From Eledone cirrhosa (taxonomy: Eukaryota): a stretch of 64,000 nucleotides of DNA. Positions 47,554 through 64,000 of the stretch are shown piece by piece. How positions within the stretch are numbered: position 1 is the stretch's first letter; each line of letters opens with the position of its first letter. Below the pieces are notes generated by a model, which was not told where the DNA came from, did no database searches, and saw only the letters and a list, made by a program, of their open reading frames with translations. The stretch is from positions 1-64,000 of the forward strand of contig CAXHJY010001450.1 of assembly GCA_964016885.1 (NCBI GenBank), in the 5' to 3' direction. The translations under genes and the position numbers were made by a program.

Positions 47554-48048
47554 ATATCTTTAAGTCGTTTGGAAGCCTCGACAATGCAAATGGGTAAATC
47601 TCCGGGTAACAAGATCCGGTGGTGGAGAGAGAGATGTAGGTGGGTGTACGTTGAGATGCGTGATGTGTATAAGATGTGTAAGATGTGTAGAATGAAGGGA
47701 AGAGTATAAAGGATAAAATAAAAATAACAACACAAGAGAGAGTTACCTTGGGAGAGATTTAATAGTCCCTATATATTTCGGATTCCATTTACCCCACCCC
47801 GGAAAACCCCCCAGTTGATGGATGTGAATCTGAAATATATAGGGACTATTAAATCTCTCCCAAGGTAACTCTCTCTTGTGTTGTTATTTTAATTTAATCC
47901 TTTATACTCTTCCCTTCATTCTACACATCTTATACACATCACGCATCTCAACGTACACCCACCTACATCTCTCTCTCCACCACCGGATCTTGTTACCCGG
48001 AGATTTACCCATTAGCATTGTCGAGGCTTCCAAACGACTTAAAGATAT
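47554..48048. repeat. ~225-bp inverted repeat (arms 47554-47785 and 47826-48048)
   Basis: Arms near-identical in reverse complement, which explains the twin ORFs 47538- and 47876+. A diverged copy lies at ~49030-49172. Confidence 0.9.
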
Positions 48049-48092
48049 TTACTTATTATTCCACAATGCTTCAAGCAAACTTCAATACTCTC

Positions 48093-48140
<48 letters not shown>

Positions 48141-48322
48141 ATATATATTATTATATATATATATATATATATTATTATTATTATATATATATATATATTG
48201 TTGCATCATATCACATTTATTAACATATTACATAGGTTTCTCTATCGATCAGCTCGAGTCAAGATCTATTACAGATCGAACCAAACTTTGCAATCGAAAG
48301 TTCTTCAAATATGTAACCCTAC

Positions 48323-48362
<40 letters not shown>

Positions 48363-48502
48363 ATTATTATTTAGGTACCACTGGATAGAACTGGTCATTC
48401 CGTATGGTCAACCTCGATGTAATATTATGGAGAACAGTCAACGTAATGCAACTCACTAGTCTTCGTTAGTATAGTTGGTGGTGCGAGTACGGAGTTAAGT
48501 AT

Positions 48503-48854
48503 TATGAAATAACAGGAGGCTGGACTGGTGTAAATCCTTGAAAGTTTTATTAAACTATGATCATTTCAATGACCGGGTTCAGTATGAATCCGGTGACATC
48601 ATCAGGTATTTCAAAATATAACAAAGGAATATAACAGATAAAAGGCGGCCGACAGAGGTAAAAGCTGCTAAATGTTCGGTCGCCCTCATGTCTCTGATTT
48701 TCAGCCCCGTGGATTTTGTCTATTATATTTCTTTGTTATAATTTGAAATACCTGCTGATGTCACCGGATTCATACTGAACGCGGTCATTGAAGTGATCAT
48801 AGTATAATAAACCTTTCAAGGATTTACACCAGTCCAGCCTCCTGTTATTTCATA
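48503..48854. repeat. ~140-bp inverted repeat of hammerhead element HH-C
   Basis: Arms 48503-48642 and 48714-48854; homologous to 13285-13560. Confidence 0.88.
48552..48609 (-). ncRNA. Hammerhead motif HH-C
   Basis: Same as 13333-13390 with one stem I mismatch. The mirror copy at 48748-48805 (+) has a mutated core (CTGCTGA, GAAG). Confidence 0.68.
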
Positions 48855-49337
48855 TTATATATATATATATATGAAATTAGCCGTCGAAACGGCTTGAGCT
48901 CAGCTGTCGGGGTCTTACTGGTTCCTATTACCCACTGTACTACCTCAAGTATTGAGTACTTTGGTGCGTTATGGTCCACCTGGTTCCTTACCACATTTCC
49001 TTCGTTATATATATATATATATATATATATAACACTCTTCCTACGTTCTTCTACGTTCTCTACGTCTCTTTTTACGTTTCCTCTTACATCTCTCTCTCTC
49101 TCTCTCATTACCACCTGGTTCTGTTACCTGGAGATTTACCCATTTACATTGTTGAGGCTTTCAAAACGACTATATATACACACACACACATCTATCTATC
49201 TATATATATATATATTATTTATGTTCATACACGGAACTAATCAATAATATAACATTTCTGCTCTCTTTCCGATTGACCACTGTTATCCTTTTTCCTTTTC
49301 AAGTCTACAGATATTTCTACATAAAAACACATTTATA

Positions 49338-49530
49338 TGAAGGCGCGTGACTGAGTGGTTAGAGAATTGTATTTGCAATCGTGAGGTTGTGAGTTCCTGG
49401 ACCAGGAGATGCGTTATGCTCATTGAGATACTTTATTTCACGTTGCTCCTTCTACCTGGAGTTGCGACCGATAGATAGTATTAGCAATTGGAAAGACCGA
49501 TGGAAACATTGTTTCCTCGGTCCGATTTGA
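49338..49530 (+). mobile_element. SINE family 2 variant
   Basis: GAAGGCGCGTGACTGAGTGGTTAGAG...CTTTATTTCACGTTGCTCC; reverse complement of 15840-16030. Confidence 0.8.
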
Positions 49531-49533
49531 CTG

Positions 49534-49570
<37 letters not shown>

Positions 49571-49771
49571 CTATATATATATATATATACTATACTATAC
49601 ATACATACATGTGTATGAAGGCGTGTCGTTTTGTGGTCAGGGTGTTAAGCTCATGATTGGAAGGTCGTACATTCAATTACCAAACCTGGTGACAATTACA
49701 GTTGCAAATTATTCTTGCCGAAGTGTGGAGGGCGTGCGGACTGAAACACGTGTATGTATGTATTCATGTAT

Positions 49772-49809
<38 letters not shown>

Positions 49810-50501
49810 GTGAGTGTGTGTGCTTGTGTGCAAATATATATACCTATATATATTCCTCGTAAATTTACTGCTATCACAAATATTTCAGTTGTCACACTTT
49901 AATATATGGTAAATTTGCATAAATATAAGATCAGAACGCAAATCCTTAAATTTACAAATGCCCTTTTATTTATTTCTGATAAACACACACAGACTCATAC
50001 ATATATATGTAAATATATATACATATATATGTGTGTATGACATAAATATATATATATATGAATATACATATGAATAAATAGATATATATGCATATGTATA
50101 GAAATAAAAATATATATATTCATAAGTGTATAAATAAATAAATAAATATATATATATAAATAAATATATATATATGCATAAGTGTATAAAAAATATGTCT
50201 ATATATATGTATGTAAATATATATATATATATAATTATTTTAATGTATGAAATATGTCAAATTAAATGTCCTCAAAATATGCATCATCATCTTGAATATT
50301 CATGGATGTTGTGTTATAGATGTAAATATATTCATTTTTACTAACTTAATGGCTGAATACGTCTTTACACGTGCGTAAATATTCTTGAAAGTCAATAAAC
50401 CGTGTAGAGTGCAAACAAACGGATTCCAGAAAACTAGAAGACGAAACATGCAGTATGTAGGGTACGTAAACTATAAAATACTTCATATATACGAGGAAAG
50501 A

Positions 50502-50542
<41 letters not shown>

Positions 50543-50779
50543 AAGTTATTTTTATGTACACACAACTTCATCATATTTATGCATATATAGATGTTTTCCC
50601 ATTAATATCTTAATATCTAGTTATGCTATATATATATATATAGCATATCTGTGTGTGTGTGTGTGTGAATATATCTGTGTGTATATATATATATACACAT
50701 ATATATATACATACGTATATATACATATATATATATTTATATATATGCGTGTGATCATGAAAATACGATGACACTTCTA

Positions 50780-50816
<37 letters not shown>

Positions 50817-50923
50817 TATTTTCCGTTGTGTTGTAATATAAATATTACACACAGTAGATTATCAGCTCACGTAGAGTTTGCTCGACGGTTCCAGTTGTAG
50901 TTCCAAAAGTAATCCGGAGAAAA

Positions 50924-51666
50924 ATAGAAAGATTTGAATGGATACAGTTTAGTTGAAAGGAATTTATTGACACGTGTTTCTATAACAGTTACATAACCTA
51001 AAACAGCTATCTACAAACTTTTAGTTATGCAGACATTCAATATTTCAATGTTATTATTTACTGTCATTTCATCAGAATAATATTACTGAGGACCTATTTA
51101 GTTTTTATAGAGAATATTAGGAGGGAGGGGTGAAGTTGTTAGAAGAATAGTTGAAGGAGTGGTTTTTCGATAGCAGTGAGAATTCTTGGTGGCAGTGAGT
51201 AATTAGATTCCCATCTGTTGTTTTGACATTTTTTATGGAATATATTATTGGTTATTTTTCTAAATCTATAGAAGGATTAGAGATAGTAAAGATATGCGTG
51301 GTTGGTTTTGTGTTTGCACTTAACATTCAGACTTAAATTTTTCTTTCAAGTGTACGTATTCTTTCACCCACGCATTCACACACAAATATATTTGCACACC
51401 TCTACAAAATACATATACTCACAATTCACATATTCATACTTACATATATATACACATGCATACACATATATATACACACATGTATTCATGTACATACATA
51501 CGCGCTCATGTGTATACATTTTCATACTCAACTTATCTTTATATATACACACGTATAGACACACACATATATACATACATACTCTAGTCCATGTGTACAC
51601 ACATACGCATACATACACATCCCCATACACATACATACATACACATATATATATATATATATACAT

Positions 51667-51725
<59 letters not shown>

Positions 51726-52568
51726 CATATACCCACACACACACATATACACATACACACATATATATATATATATATAAGCACTTTAATACATGAATAC
51801 ACTTACATCTAACTATACACATCAAACATATATATATATTTACTTATTTATATACATTTTCACATATATATACATACTTATGGACGTTTTTAGACACATT
51901 CATTATCGCATATTTGTACCTATTCTCATCAGCATATCTTTTCATTATTAGTATGGTAATTTAAGGTTATTAATATATGTTGAGAAGAGATTGTTTTTAT
52001 ATTTTTCTAACTAGATTAAGGTTTATATAGTTGGGGGATGTCCCTCTTTTATGTAATATTCGGCTTGTAGTGGGAAAAAAGGGTTTTAGTTCTGTGACGG
52101 CAGAATAATGTTCGTTCAATTCTGTTATTCAGCAGTTTCTTCTTGTGTGTGATTATGTAATAAATCTCAAGATTACACAATTTGCAGAAATTTTGGCTCC
52201 TGGAAAAGCTTTGGGTTTTAGCTAATTTTTCCCATTTTAGGGTAAACTTTTGATTGCTATCCCTGAGCGTCCAAGCTTTTTCTGCTAAAGTTGTTACATT
52301 TCTTTGGCTCTGGTGTTTTATTGAGTAAGAATGCCTATACAATCGAGATTTAAACGATATGCTGATGAGAATAGGTACAAATATGCGATAATGAATGTGT
52401 CTAAAAACGTCCATAAGTATGTATATATATGTGAAAATGTATATAAATAAGTAAATATATATATATGTTTGATGTGTATAGTTAGATGTAAGTGTATTCA
52501 TGTATTAAAGTGCTTATATATATATATATATATGTGTGTATGTGTATATGTGTGTGTGTGGGTATATG

Positions 52569-52621
<53 letters not shown>

Positions 52622-53358
52622 ATGTATATATATATATATATATGTGTATGTATGTATGTGTATGTGGATGTGTATGTATGCGTATGTGTGTACACATGGA
52701 CTAGAGTATGTATGTATATATGTGTGTGTCTATACGTGTGTATATATAAAGATAAGTTGAGTATGAAAATGTATACACATGAGCGCGTATGTATGTACAT
52801 GAATACATGTGTGTATATATATGTGTATGCATGTGTATATATATGTAAGTATGAATATGTGAATTGTGAGTATATGTATTTTGTAGAGGTGTGCAAATAT
52901 ATTTGTGTGTGAATGCGTGGGTGAAAGAATACGTACACTTGAAAGAAAAATTTAAGTCTGAATGTTAAGTGCAAACACAAAACCAACCACGCATATCTTT
53001 ACTATCTCTAATCCTTCTATAGATTTAGAAAAATAACCAATAATATATTCCATAAAAAATGTCAAAACAACAGATGGGAATCTAATTACTCACTGCCACC
53101 AAGAATTCTCACTGCTATCGAAAAACCACTCCTTCAACTATTCTTCTAACAACTTCACCCCTCCCTCCTAATATTCTCTATAAAAACTAAATAGGTCCTC
53201 AGTAATATTATTCTGATGAAATGACAGTAAATAATAACATTGAAATATTGAATGTCTGCATAACTAAAAGTTTGTAGATAGCTGTTTTAGGTTATGTAAC
53301 TGTTATAGAAACACGTGTCAATAAATTCCTTTCAACTAAACTGTATCCATTCAAATCT

Positions 53359-53364
<6 letters not shown>
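50924..53364 (-). mobile_element. 5'-truncated Penelope-like retroelement with ~1-kb inverted pseudo-LTRs (50924-51938 and 52356-53364)
   Basis: Arms are near-identical reverse complements that differ mainly in TA-run length. They enclose a GIY-YIG C-terminal ORF fragment and 3'UTR, the classical PLE inverted-pLTR architecture. Confidence 0.88.
52049..52356 (-). CDS. PLE GIY-YIG endonuclease, C-terminal half (5'-truncated)
   Basis: FKSRLYRHSYS...TTLAEKAWTLRD...LKWEKL...CKLCNLEIYYI...LLNNRIE...CRHRTK matches the FKxRxxxH...TxLxxxxW...W...CxLCxxE...LNxRxE...CRH pattern of PLE endonucleases. Confidence 0.88.
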
Positions 53365-53401
<37 letters not shown>

Positions 53402-55097
53402 CAGAGAGAGAGATGTGGAATTATTAAGAAGGACCAAATGTTTCCCCACTCTCGGTGGGTTAACGGTGGAGTAGTAATCTGAACGTTTGCATCCAATGAT
53501 GTAGTGAAGTTCTACTTTTTGGCTAAATGCATCCGCTATTCAGAGAGTTGTATTTGCCCCGTGCAAAGCCTTTCTTCAGTTAAAAAAGCTTCAAGTACAG
53601 GCATCGCTTGCTATGTGACTATGTTTGCGATGCATGGCATGGCTGGTCCGTGATGCTCCTGCTTAAGTATCAAATCGAGCTACACCCATCATCATATATG
53701 TATGCATACATGTGTGTGTATGTCTAAATGTATATATATTCCATTATATTTTATGCACCATTTGCCTTCATATCCTTTTGTTATCTGCACTTCAATGGAC
53801 ATCCTTTTGAAAGAATATACCTGTCTTTAGTAGACATCTCCCTTCACCCTAGTTTTGTCACCGTGACCAGAGTTTGCACCAGATGCTCCTGACCAAGATT
53901 AGTCTATTTAGATGTGTTTTCTGTTAAGTAACTATGAATTAATATTTGAAGCTTTCATCTTACTGTAGGCTGGGAAATATAACGGTTTTATTTTCAGTCA
54001 ATTAACGTAAAACGATTTTTATTATGTATTTACTCCTTTATTCTTTTTTTACTTCACTATACATTTTATAAATAATACAAATCTGGGTGGAGTTTGCATA
54101 GTTTTTAGTTTAATCGAGAATTCGGTTTTCGATTTTTTTGTAGAAGTGCTTTAGAAAATACAGGATATTCAACGAAAGATGAAACGAAAAAATATTGAAA
54201 GGCAGTATATAATAAAAACCCTACCTCTCAACTTATTCTACCTTCATTACGATATTCAACAATTAATATATATCCCTTTACTGTCCACTTGAAATAGGTT
54301 TTACCGTTTAATAACTGCACTACTGTATTCACATGACTTCTAACTCTCAAGTAATAAAAGATTCTTTCATGTAATATCCTGGCATGGAGATTGAAAACAA
54401 AGTTGAATTTAATAGAAGCTAGTCGCATAATATTTCATTCTCTTAAATTCGATAATGAATTTATAATGCTTTGGAAATAAGTGCTTAGTGTTATATAATC
54501 CAACATATTATCAATATATATTACAAATTGTCTCTCTTTTGTTTTCCACCATCTTTGAAGATCTACTGAAGGCTGATAATAGTTCCTATTTATTTGATGT
54601 TGAATCAAATGCTGCTTTTATTAATGTCTCGAAAGATGTGTTTCGTTTGAAATCTTAGGACAAAGTTTTTCATAAATTTTTTCATGGATGTTGATAGATA
54701 GAATACATTAAAAAGGACTAAATATATTACGTTAGTTAATGCTGCTTTCAAACTTGTCAAGACGCACGTAATTTTTCACACGGATGTCTAAAAAATTAGA
54801 TTAACCTCGGTATAAGTCATATACAGAAGCAGAGGGCGTTCTATAGTTGTAGGAATTTGTAAAGAGAGGGAGCGGAATATCACTCGTATGACGAGTGATT
54901 CTTTGCCAAATATATCGTTATTTTGCATATGAACAAGAATGTTTGTATATCTATTAGCAACCTCTTCCCAGATACATTACGTGTATCATGGTACATTGAT
55001 TTCAATATATAATCATATATTTGTTATGAAATAATCACAAAATATCTAAATAGGTTTCTTTACTTCTACAGAAAGTATATGTATATATACATAACCT

Positions 55098-55144
<47 letters not shown>

Positions 55145-55149
<5 letters not shown>

Positions 55150-55335
55150 GTTTCTACTTTTGGCACAAGGCCAACAATTATATCAGTGTATTACTGGAGC
55201 TTTATTTTATCGACCCCGTAAGGATGAAAGGCAAAGTTAACCTCGGCGGGATTTGAACACAGACCATAAAGGACCGTAACTCTTTGCTGCAAAGCATGAC
55301 GTCCGACCCTCTACCGATACTGCCAATCCACCGCC
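55145..55335 (-). mobile_element. Full-length SINE family 1 copy
   Basis: Reverse complement from GGCGGTGGATTGGCAGTATCGG to GTAGAAACAATTA. Confidence 0.92.
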
Positions 55336-56252
55336 ATATATAATATGATATGTAAACAATAAGCATAACCTACTCACTCTTATTCAATATCGACATATGA
55401 TTTGAAACTCGTGATTCTACTAGTCAGTTTAAATTTTATTGATTGCTAAAATACTTGGAATTCCTTGAATTATTATCGGATACTATCAGAAAGCTAAGCG
55501 GCGAATTGGCACAGAGTCCGTAGAACCTCGGATAGAATGCTTTGCTGTATTCGTTCTGAATCTCTGCTCTCTGAGTTCAAATCCCACCGAGATCAAGTTA
55601 AAAATGTACTAGTCTAGAATTGGGTTTATTCTTTCCCTGTATCTCTTTTCTCCCATTCTCTAACTTTCTCTGGAAGTAAACTGTTGTATTCAGATCTGGC
55701 GAAGAGATGGGCTTGATAGGATTATAAAATGCCCTTTGTATTTAGAAAAATATTAGAGAATATCTTTCAACAGTATAAACACTTTTATTATTCTCTGTAG
55801 ATAGGAATAGTGGAAATATTTTAACTCTCAATTCAATAATTCACAGCGAGGTTTATATATTTAATGAAGACATGACTATGTTCGATTTTAATCTTTTTAT
55901 TCCAATTTTTTAAAAATATTTTCTTATGGGTTCCTTATACTCAGGAAGAATAGCATTCCTAAAACCATTAGTTCATCTCAGCCTCATCATTTGTATGAAA
56001 TGGAAAACTCCCGATTATCCTACCATTGTTAACAATATACCCTTCTTTGGTGGAACTGAGAAGGTATTGATTCCTTAATGGACTAAAGGATTTGGGAATA
56101 CTATTGTTCCAAACTAACACAAAGAACTATTGAGGAAATATGAAAAATTGTTAATAAATAAGGAATAAATTCAAACCCAGTTGTGTGTCTAATATAACAT
56201 GTTTGAAAGGAATGGTGTTCTCCATTTGCACACACACACACACACACATATA

Positions 56253-56313
<61 letters not shown>

Positions 56314-56919
56314 ATATATATAGAGAGAGAGAGAGTGGGAAACAGGGAAGAAAGAAAAATAGAAGGGGAGAGTGAGACAGGCGTACAATATGAGAGAGTT
56401 ATCACTCATAAGAATTCTCTTTATCTGTTGAATGAAAATTCCATGAATATCTATCACAAAGAACATAAGAACACAAATAATATATTATATATATATATAT
56501 ATATATGCATTATTATATACATATTAATATGTATACATACATATATATGTGTGTGTGTGTTTAAAAAAATTCCAACATCGTTGTGTACAATAATGTCTTG
56601 TTAAAGGAAAAGAAATTTAACGCAAATATCTGCTGCATGGCTTTGTTCTGTTTAATTCCAGGAGTTCTTTGGATCTTTGGAAACGTGTAGAAAAGACAGA
56701 GTGAACTTTCAATAAGATCATTTCTTTCCTCTTCCAATTTCTTTCACTGACAATTCGATATGAATTCTATGGAAGTCAGTCTATCCATCCATCCATCTCT
56801 CTCTCTCATATATATATATTCTTCTATCTAGCTGTCTATTTATCAATCTTTTCTTTCTATCTGTTTTTCTGTGTGTTTGTGTGTCTGTCTTCGTCTCCGG
56901 TTCTCCTTATTTACTCCAC

Positions 56920-56951
<32 letters not shown>

Positions 56952-57514
56952 AATATATGTGTGTGTGTGTGTGTGTGTATTGAAAAACATCCAATGATTT
57001 CAGCTGATTGTGTGGGAATTATATCGAGCTTATCTTATTGGCTTCAGAAGCAAAATCAATCACGTAGCGGATCGTAATAACAATAGCTACTTTCGTACTA
57101 TCCACAAATTTTGCAACCCAAGGTATACACACACGCACACATATACACACAATGTAGTCCTCCTTTTAGCAAGGGACGCACCCGTGTAAGCGATCAAAGA
57201 ACCACGTCTGCTTCCGCCTATATTGTATGACGTCATGAATGTGAAAACTGTGGAGGAGTTTGTATTTCATTGTCAGGTATTCGTACTATACTCCTCCGCA
57301 ACGAAACATTCCCCTCAAAAAATGAAACCCAAACATATCAACGAAACAAGTGCGAAACAAGTGCTATTCGTAAAATGTTTGAAGCCGTTAGACTAAAACA
57401 GTAAATAAAAAAAGGTTAGAGTCAGCAAATATGGCAGGTTTCAAATAAGTGTGTCCTTACCCTAAGTGCATAAAGGTCGTCTGCTCCATACAAAGCTTGA
57501 CCATTTCTTGCACT

Positions 57515-57873
57515 TTATGTGTGTTCCTTCCTGCCATGAGATCTCAAATGGCTTTCAAGTCCTGAAAGCATGTGAAAGACTTGTTCACAAATAATTGTTT
57601 CTACTTTTGGCACAAGGCCAGCAATTACCCAGTACATTACTGGTACTTTATTTTATCGAACCCGTAAGGATGAAAGGCAAAGTTAACCTCGACGGGATTT
57701 GAGCTCAAACCACAGATAATACAATGGTGTCTCATTGCTTTCTTGTTTCCACTTTTAGTTTGCTTATTGTGTATGTTCAGATGTCGCTTCAATCCATTAC
57801 ATGATTTACAAATCTTCTGGCAAACACGGCAAAATACATTTATAGAGATAATACTACTTGAGGTTAGTGTCAA
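57515..57873 (-). pseudogene. Tandem C2H2 zinc-finger coding remnant interrupted by a SINE
   Basis: Finger 1 CRVCQKICKSCNGLKRHLNIH; finger 2, after SINE removal, CIICEQVFHMLSGLESHLRSH-GRKEHT*. Both are C-x2-C-x12-H-x3-H. Confidence 0.75.
57596..57710 (-). mobile_element. 5'-truncated SINE family 1 copy with 10-bp TSD
   Basis: CACAAATAAT (57586-57595) / CACAGATAAT (57711-57720). Confidence 0.88.
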
Positions 57874-58277
57874 TATGAAATATCACATTTGGTAAATTAA
57901 CTCTTGAACAATTTCTGAAGAATGATAATCTTTATAAATGCATTCCAAGAACACTTATATACACACACGACAAGGTCCCACACATGGAGTATAGGGAGCA
58001 GAAAAACTTCAATCGACTAAGATTATCCAAGCAATTAATGAGTAAAGACTCACCCTGAGGATGTCTAACATCGGGTACATATTAATAATATTGACTATTA
58101 TCAATTTCCTCAATTTCCTACATTGATGTGGATCACAGAATCAGTAGAGCGACGTATAAAATATCTTGCAGGAATGAAAATTCTCTTCATTCGAATTTCG
58201 TTGAGAGTCAATTAAGTTATACATCGTTTCAAAGTAGATAAAGCAAGTACAAGATAACTACGACTTTTAATCAACCA

Positions 58278-58348
<71 letters not shown>

Positions 58349-58426
58349 ATGTGTGTGTGTGTGTATACATATATATATATATATATATATATGTGAGAAA
58401 AACCACAGACCCTCCATCTCAACTCA

Positions 58427-58464
58427 CCTTTTAAAAAGCAGAAGAACTGCGAAACCGGTAAAGG
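58427..58464 (+). ncRNA. Degenerate hammerhead motif, family HH-F
   Basis: CCTT-ttaaaaa-GCAG-aagaa-CTGC-GAAA-CCGG-TA-AAGG. Stems, palindrome ACCGGT and GUA are intact but the CUGANGA box has decayed. The copy at 59020-59056 (-) has TTGAAAA; a third partial copy is at ~59094-59185. Confidence 0.5.
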
Positions 58465-58597
58465 AACCAAATAAATATATATATTAAAAAAAAAAATAAG
58501 ACTCCAGTTGCATTTTCGATTTCATCGCTTTTTCTTTATACTTTCACTCGTGTAGGACACCTCGGTTAGTTTTCATTTTGTAAAAAAAACCTCACTT

Positions 58598-58648
<51 letters not shown>

Positions 58649-58847
58649 AAAAGTAAACAGAAGTAACAACACAATCGGTACAGTATATGGAAGGGATATA
58701 TTAGGGAGAGAGAGAGAGAGAGAGAGAGATTTATAGAGAGAGGGACAGACAAATATTTTTTTCTTTCATGGCGAGACATCATGTGTTTATTGTACACAAA
58801 CAAATCATCTATGTTCTGATATTCACCTCTATTATGCACAACGCTAT

Positions 58848-58917
<70 letters not shown>

Positions 58918-59324
58918 GTGAGGATTGTCCTACACGAGTGAAAGTATAAAGAAAAAAAGATAAAATCGAAAATGCAACTGGAGTCTCATTTAAAAATATA
59001 TATATATATTTATTTGGTTCCTTTACCGGTTTCGCAGTTCTTCTGCTTTTCAAAAGTAGGGTTGAGATAGAGGGTCTGTGGTTTTTCTCACATCTGCGAA
59101 ACCGGTAAAGGAACCAAATAAATATATATATTTTTTTAAAAATAAGACTCCAGTTGCATTTTCGATTTCATCTTTTTTTCTTTATATATATATATGCATA
59201 TGAATCACAATTTAATGTGTATATTCACACCATTTAAATCATTCTTAAAAGGTTAGACATATAAAATGTAGTAGGGCATTGAAATATTAAATACAATTGA
59301 TCACATAAACACAGACATAACTAC

Positions 59325-59403
<79 letters not shown>

Positions 59404-59764
59404 TACATATATATATATATACATATATGTATGCGTGTTTATATATAAATATATATGATAAATACAATGCATGGCCAATACTTTAAACTTGATATTACTC
59501 TCGCTACCCCCTTCAACAAATTCGTTTAACACTTTTAAAGGGAAGTAAAACTACTTAAGATTTATTTCTGTGGAGGTACGCAACAGAGATAAAGCTGATA
59601 GTCCGTGGCGTCATGTGACAGGTGGTAATATTTATTACAGTAAGAAGTATATAGGGAAAAATGTCGCACTTCCCATATCGTCAAGATATCACAGGTCAAA
59701 TGTAGGTCTATCTCGCTTATATATTTAAGTATGTTTTATGTATATCCGTATGTATGTCCGTATA

Positions 59765-62780
<3,016 letters not shown>

Positions 62781-62793
62781 TTTCAAATATCAA

Positions 62794-62964
62794 TAATTGT
62801 TTCTACTTTAGGCACAAGGCCAGCAAATACCTAGTGCATTACTGGTACTTTATTTTATCGACTCCGTAAGGATGAAAGGCAAAGTCAACCTCGGCGGGAT
62901 TTGAACTCACATCGTAAAGGGACGTAACTATGCTGAAAAGCATGGCGTCCGACCCTCTACCGAT
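62794..62964 (-). mobile_element. SINE family 1 copy
   Basis: Reverse complement of the consensus. Confidence 0.9.
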
Positions 62965-63014
62965 GTATATATATAGACATATAGAAATTTGATAGATTTC
63001 GGCCAATATATATA

Positions 63015-63053
<39 letters not shown>

Positions 63054-63610
63054 TTATACCCGATCAAACTAAAATATACACACTGAAAAAAGATACAAAA
63101 CCCTTCTCTTGCTTTTCTAACCCCCCCCCCCCCCCCGGCATGTTGTACATGTCTTCGTGTCTGTTCCTCTCATTCACTTACAACTTTCTTGTTGTCACAT
63201 TATCTTTTCCCTTTTCCCCTTACCCCGCCATATTCCTTTCCCCCGACACAATTGCAATCAACTGAAGCGTTCTATGAAGGACCCTACCCGAAAGTATGAT
63301 AACCTCCTACACACAATTAACAAGAAAAACCAGTAATCACCTTTCTCTCACAAATACACTGCCAACTAACACACCGACCAACCAATCCCTCAGTCAACTA
63401 ACAAGCTAAACAACCAACCGAACAGCTACCGAAAGTTTGTGTTAGAGTGCATGTTACATGGACTTCCGTCGGTTTCGACGACCACCGTTCCAATGTTTTG
63501 ATTAGAGGAACGGTATACTCGTTAAATTAACATATATGTGGTATCTATGCTAAGAAATGACTAAAATTTAAAGGTATGGAACTATTATTTATATTCTAAC
63601 ATATTAATGA

Positions 63611-63763
63611 TAATTGTTTCTACTTTTGGCACAATGCCAGCAATTATCTCAGTGTATTACTGGTACTTTATTTTATCAACCCCGTAAGGATGAAAGGCAA
63701 AGTTAACCTCGGCTGGATTTGAACTCAGATTATAAAGGGCCGTAACTCTATGCTACAAAGCAT
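63611..63763 (-). mobile_element. SINE family 1 copy
   Basis: Reverse complement of the consensus. Confidence 0.9.
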
Positions 63764-64000
63764 AAGCAAGCCAATTTTGAAAGTATGAATGTCATTGAAT
63801 ATTCCATGGAAATAAATACACTTAACGTAAATTCTTCTGGACGTTGAACGTGCTACACAGTGTGACCAAACTGGCACTTTGTACTACAGGTACACGCCAT
63901 CCGACAGGCTTCAAATAATAATCTGTCAACATAATGGGTGAATTTTTGGCCAGAATGGTCCATATGAGGGGGTCTACTCTGATCATGCGCCTGTTGGCTG

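Noticed and set aside
54230-55000. Possible decayed Mutator-like transposase on the minus strand
   Set aside because: Only vague similarity (SLKAALTNV) with many stops; needs an HMM search.

Overview
AT-rich, repeat-saturated eukaryotic non-coding DNA, most likely from an octopus or other coleoid cephalopod (inferred from the extreme (TA)n/(TG)n load and the SINE families; not verified). No intact host gene is recognisable, and almost all ORFs in the track are microsatellite artefacts. Real coding remnants are all transposon-like: a Penelope-like (PLE) GIY-YIG endonuclease C-terminus between ~1 kb inverted pseudo-LTRs, CRE-, R4/Dong-, RTE- and L2-like LINE 3' ends, mariner fragments and decayed C2H2 fingers. 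There are also ~20 copies of a tRNA-derived SINE, a second SINE family and hAT/Tc1 MITEs. The main hidden signal is at least six families of short elements carrying minimal type I hammerhead ribozyme motifs (CUGANGA-stem II-GAAA-palindrome-NUH; about a dozen with intact cores plus degenerate ones). Each family has its own self-complementary stem III, sits between (TA)n tracts, and is often folded back as a long inverted repeat. This looks like a community of non-autonomous PLE/retrozyme-like elements. Folds were derived by eye and catalytic activity is untested.
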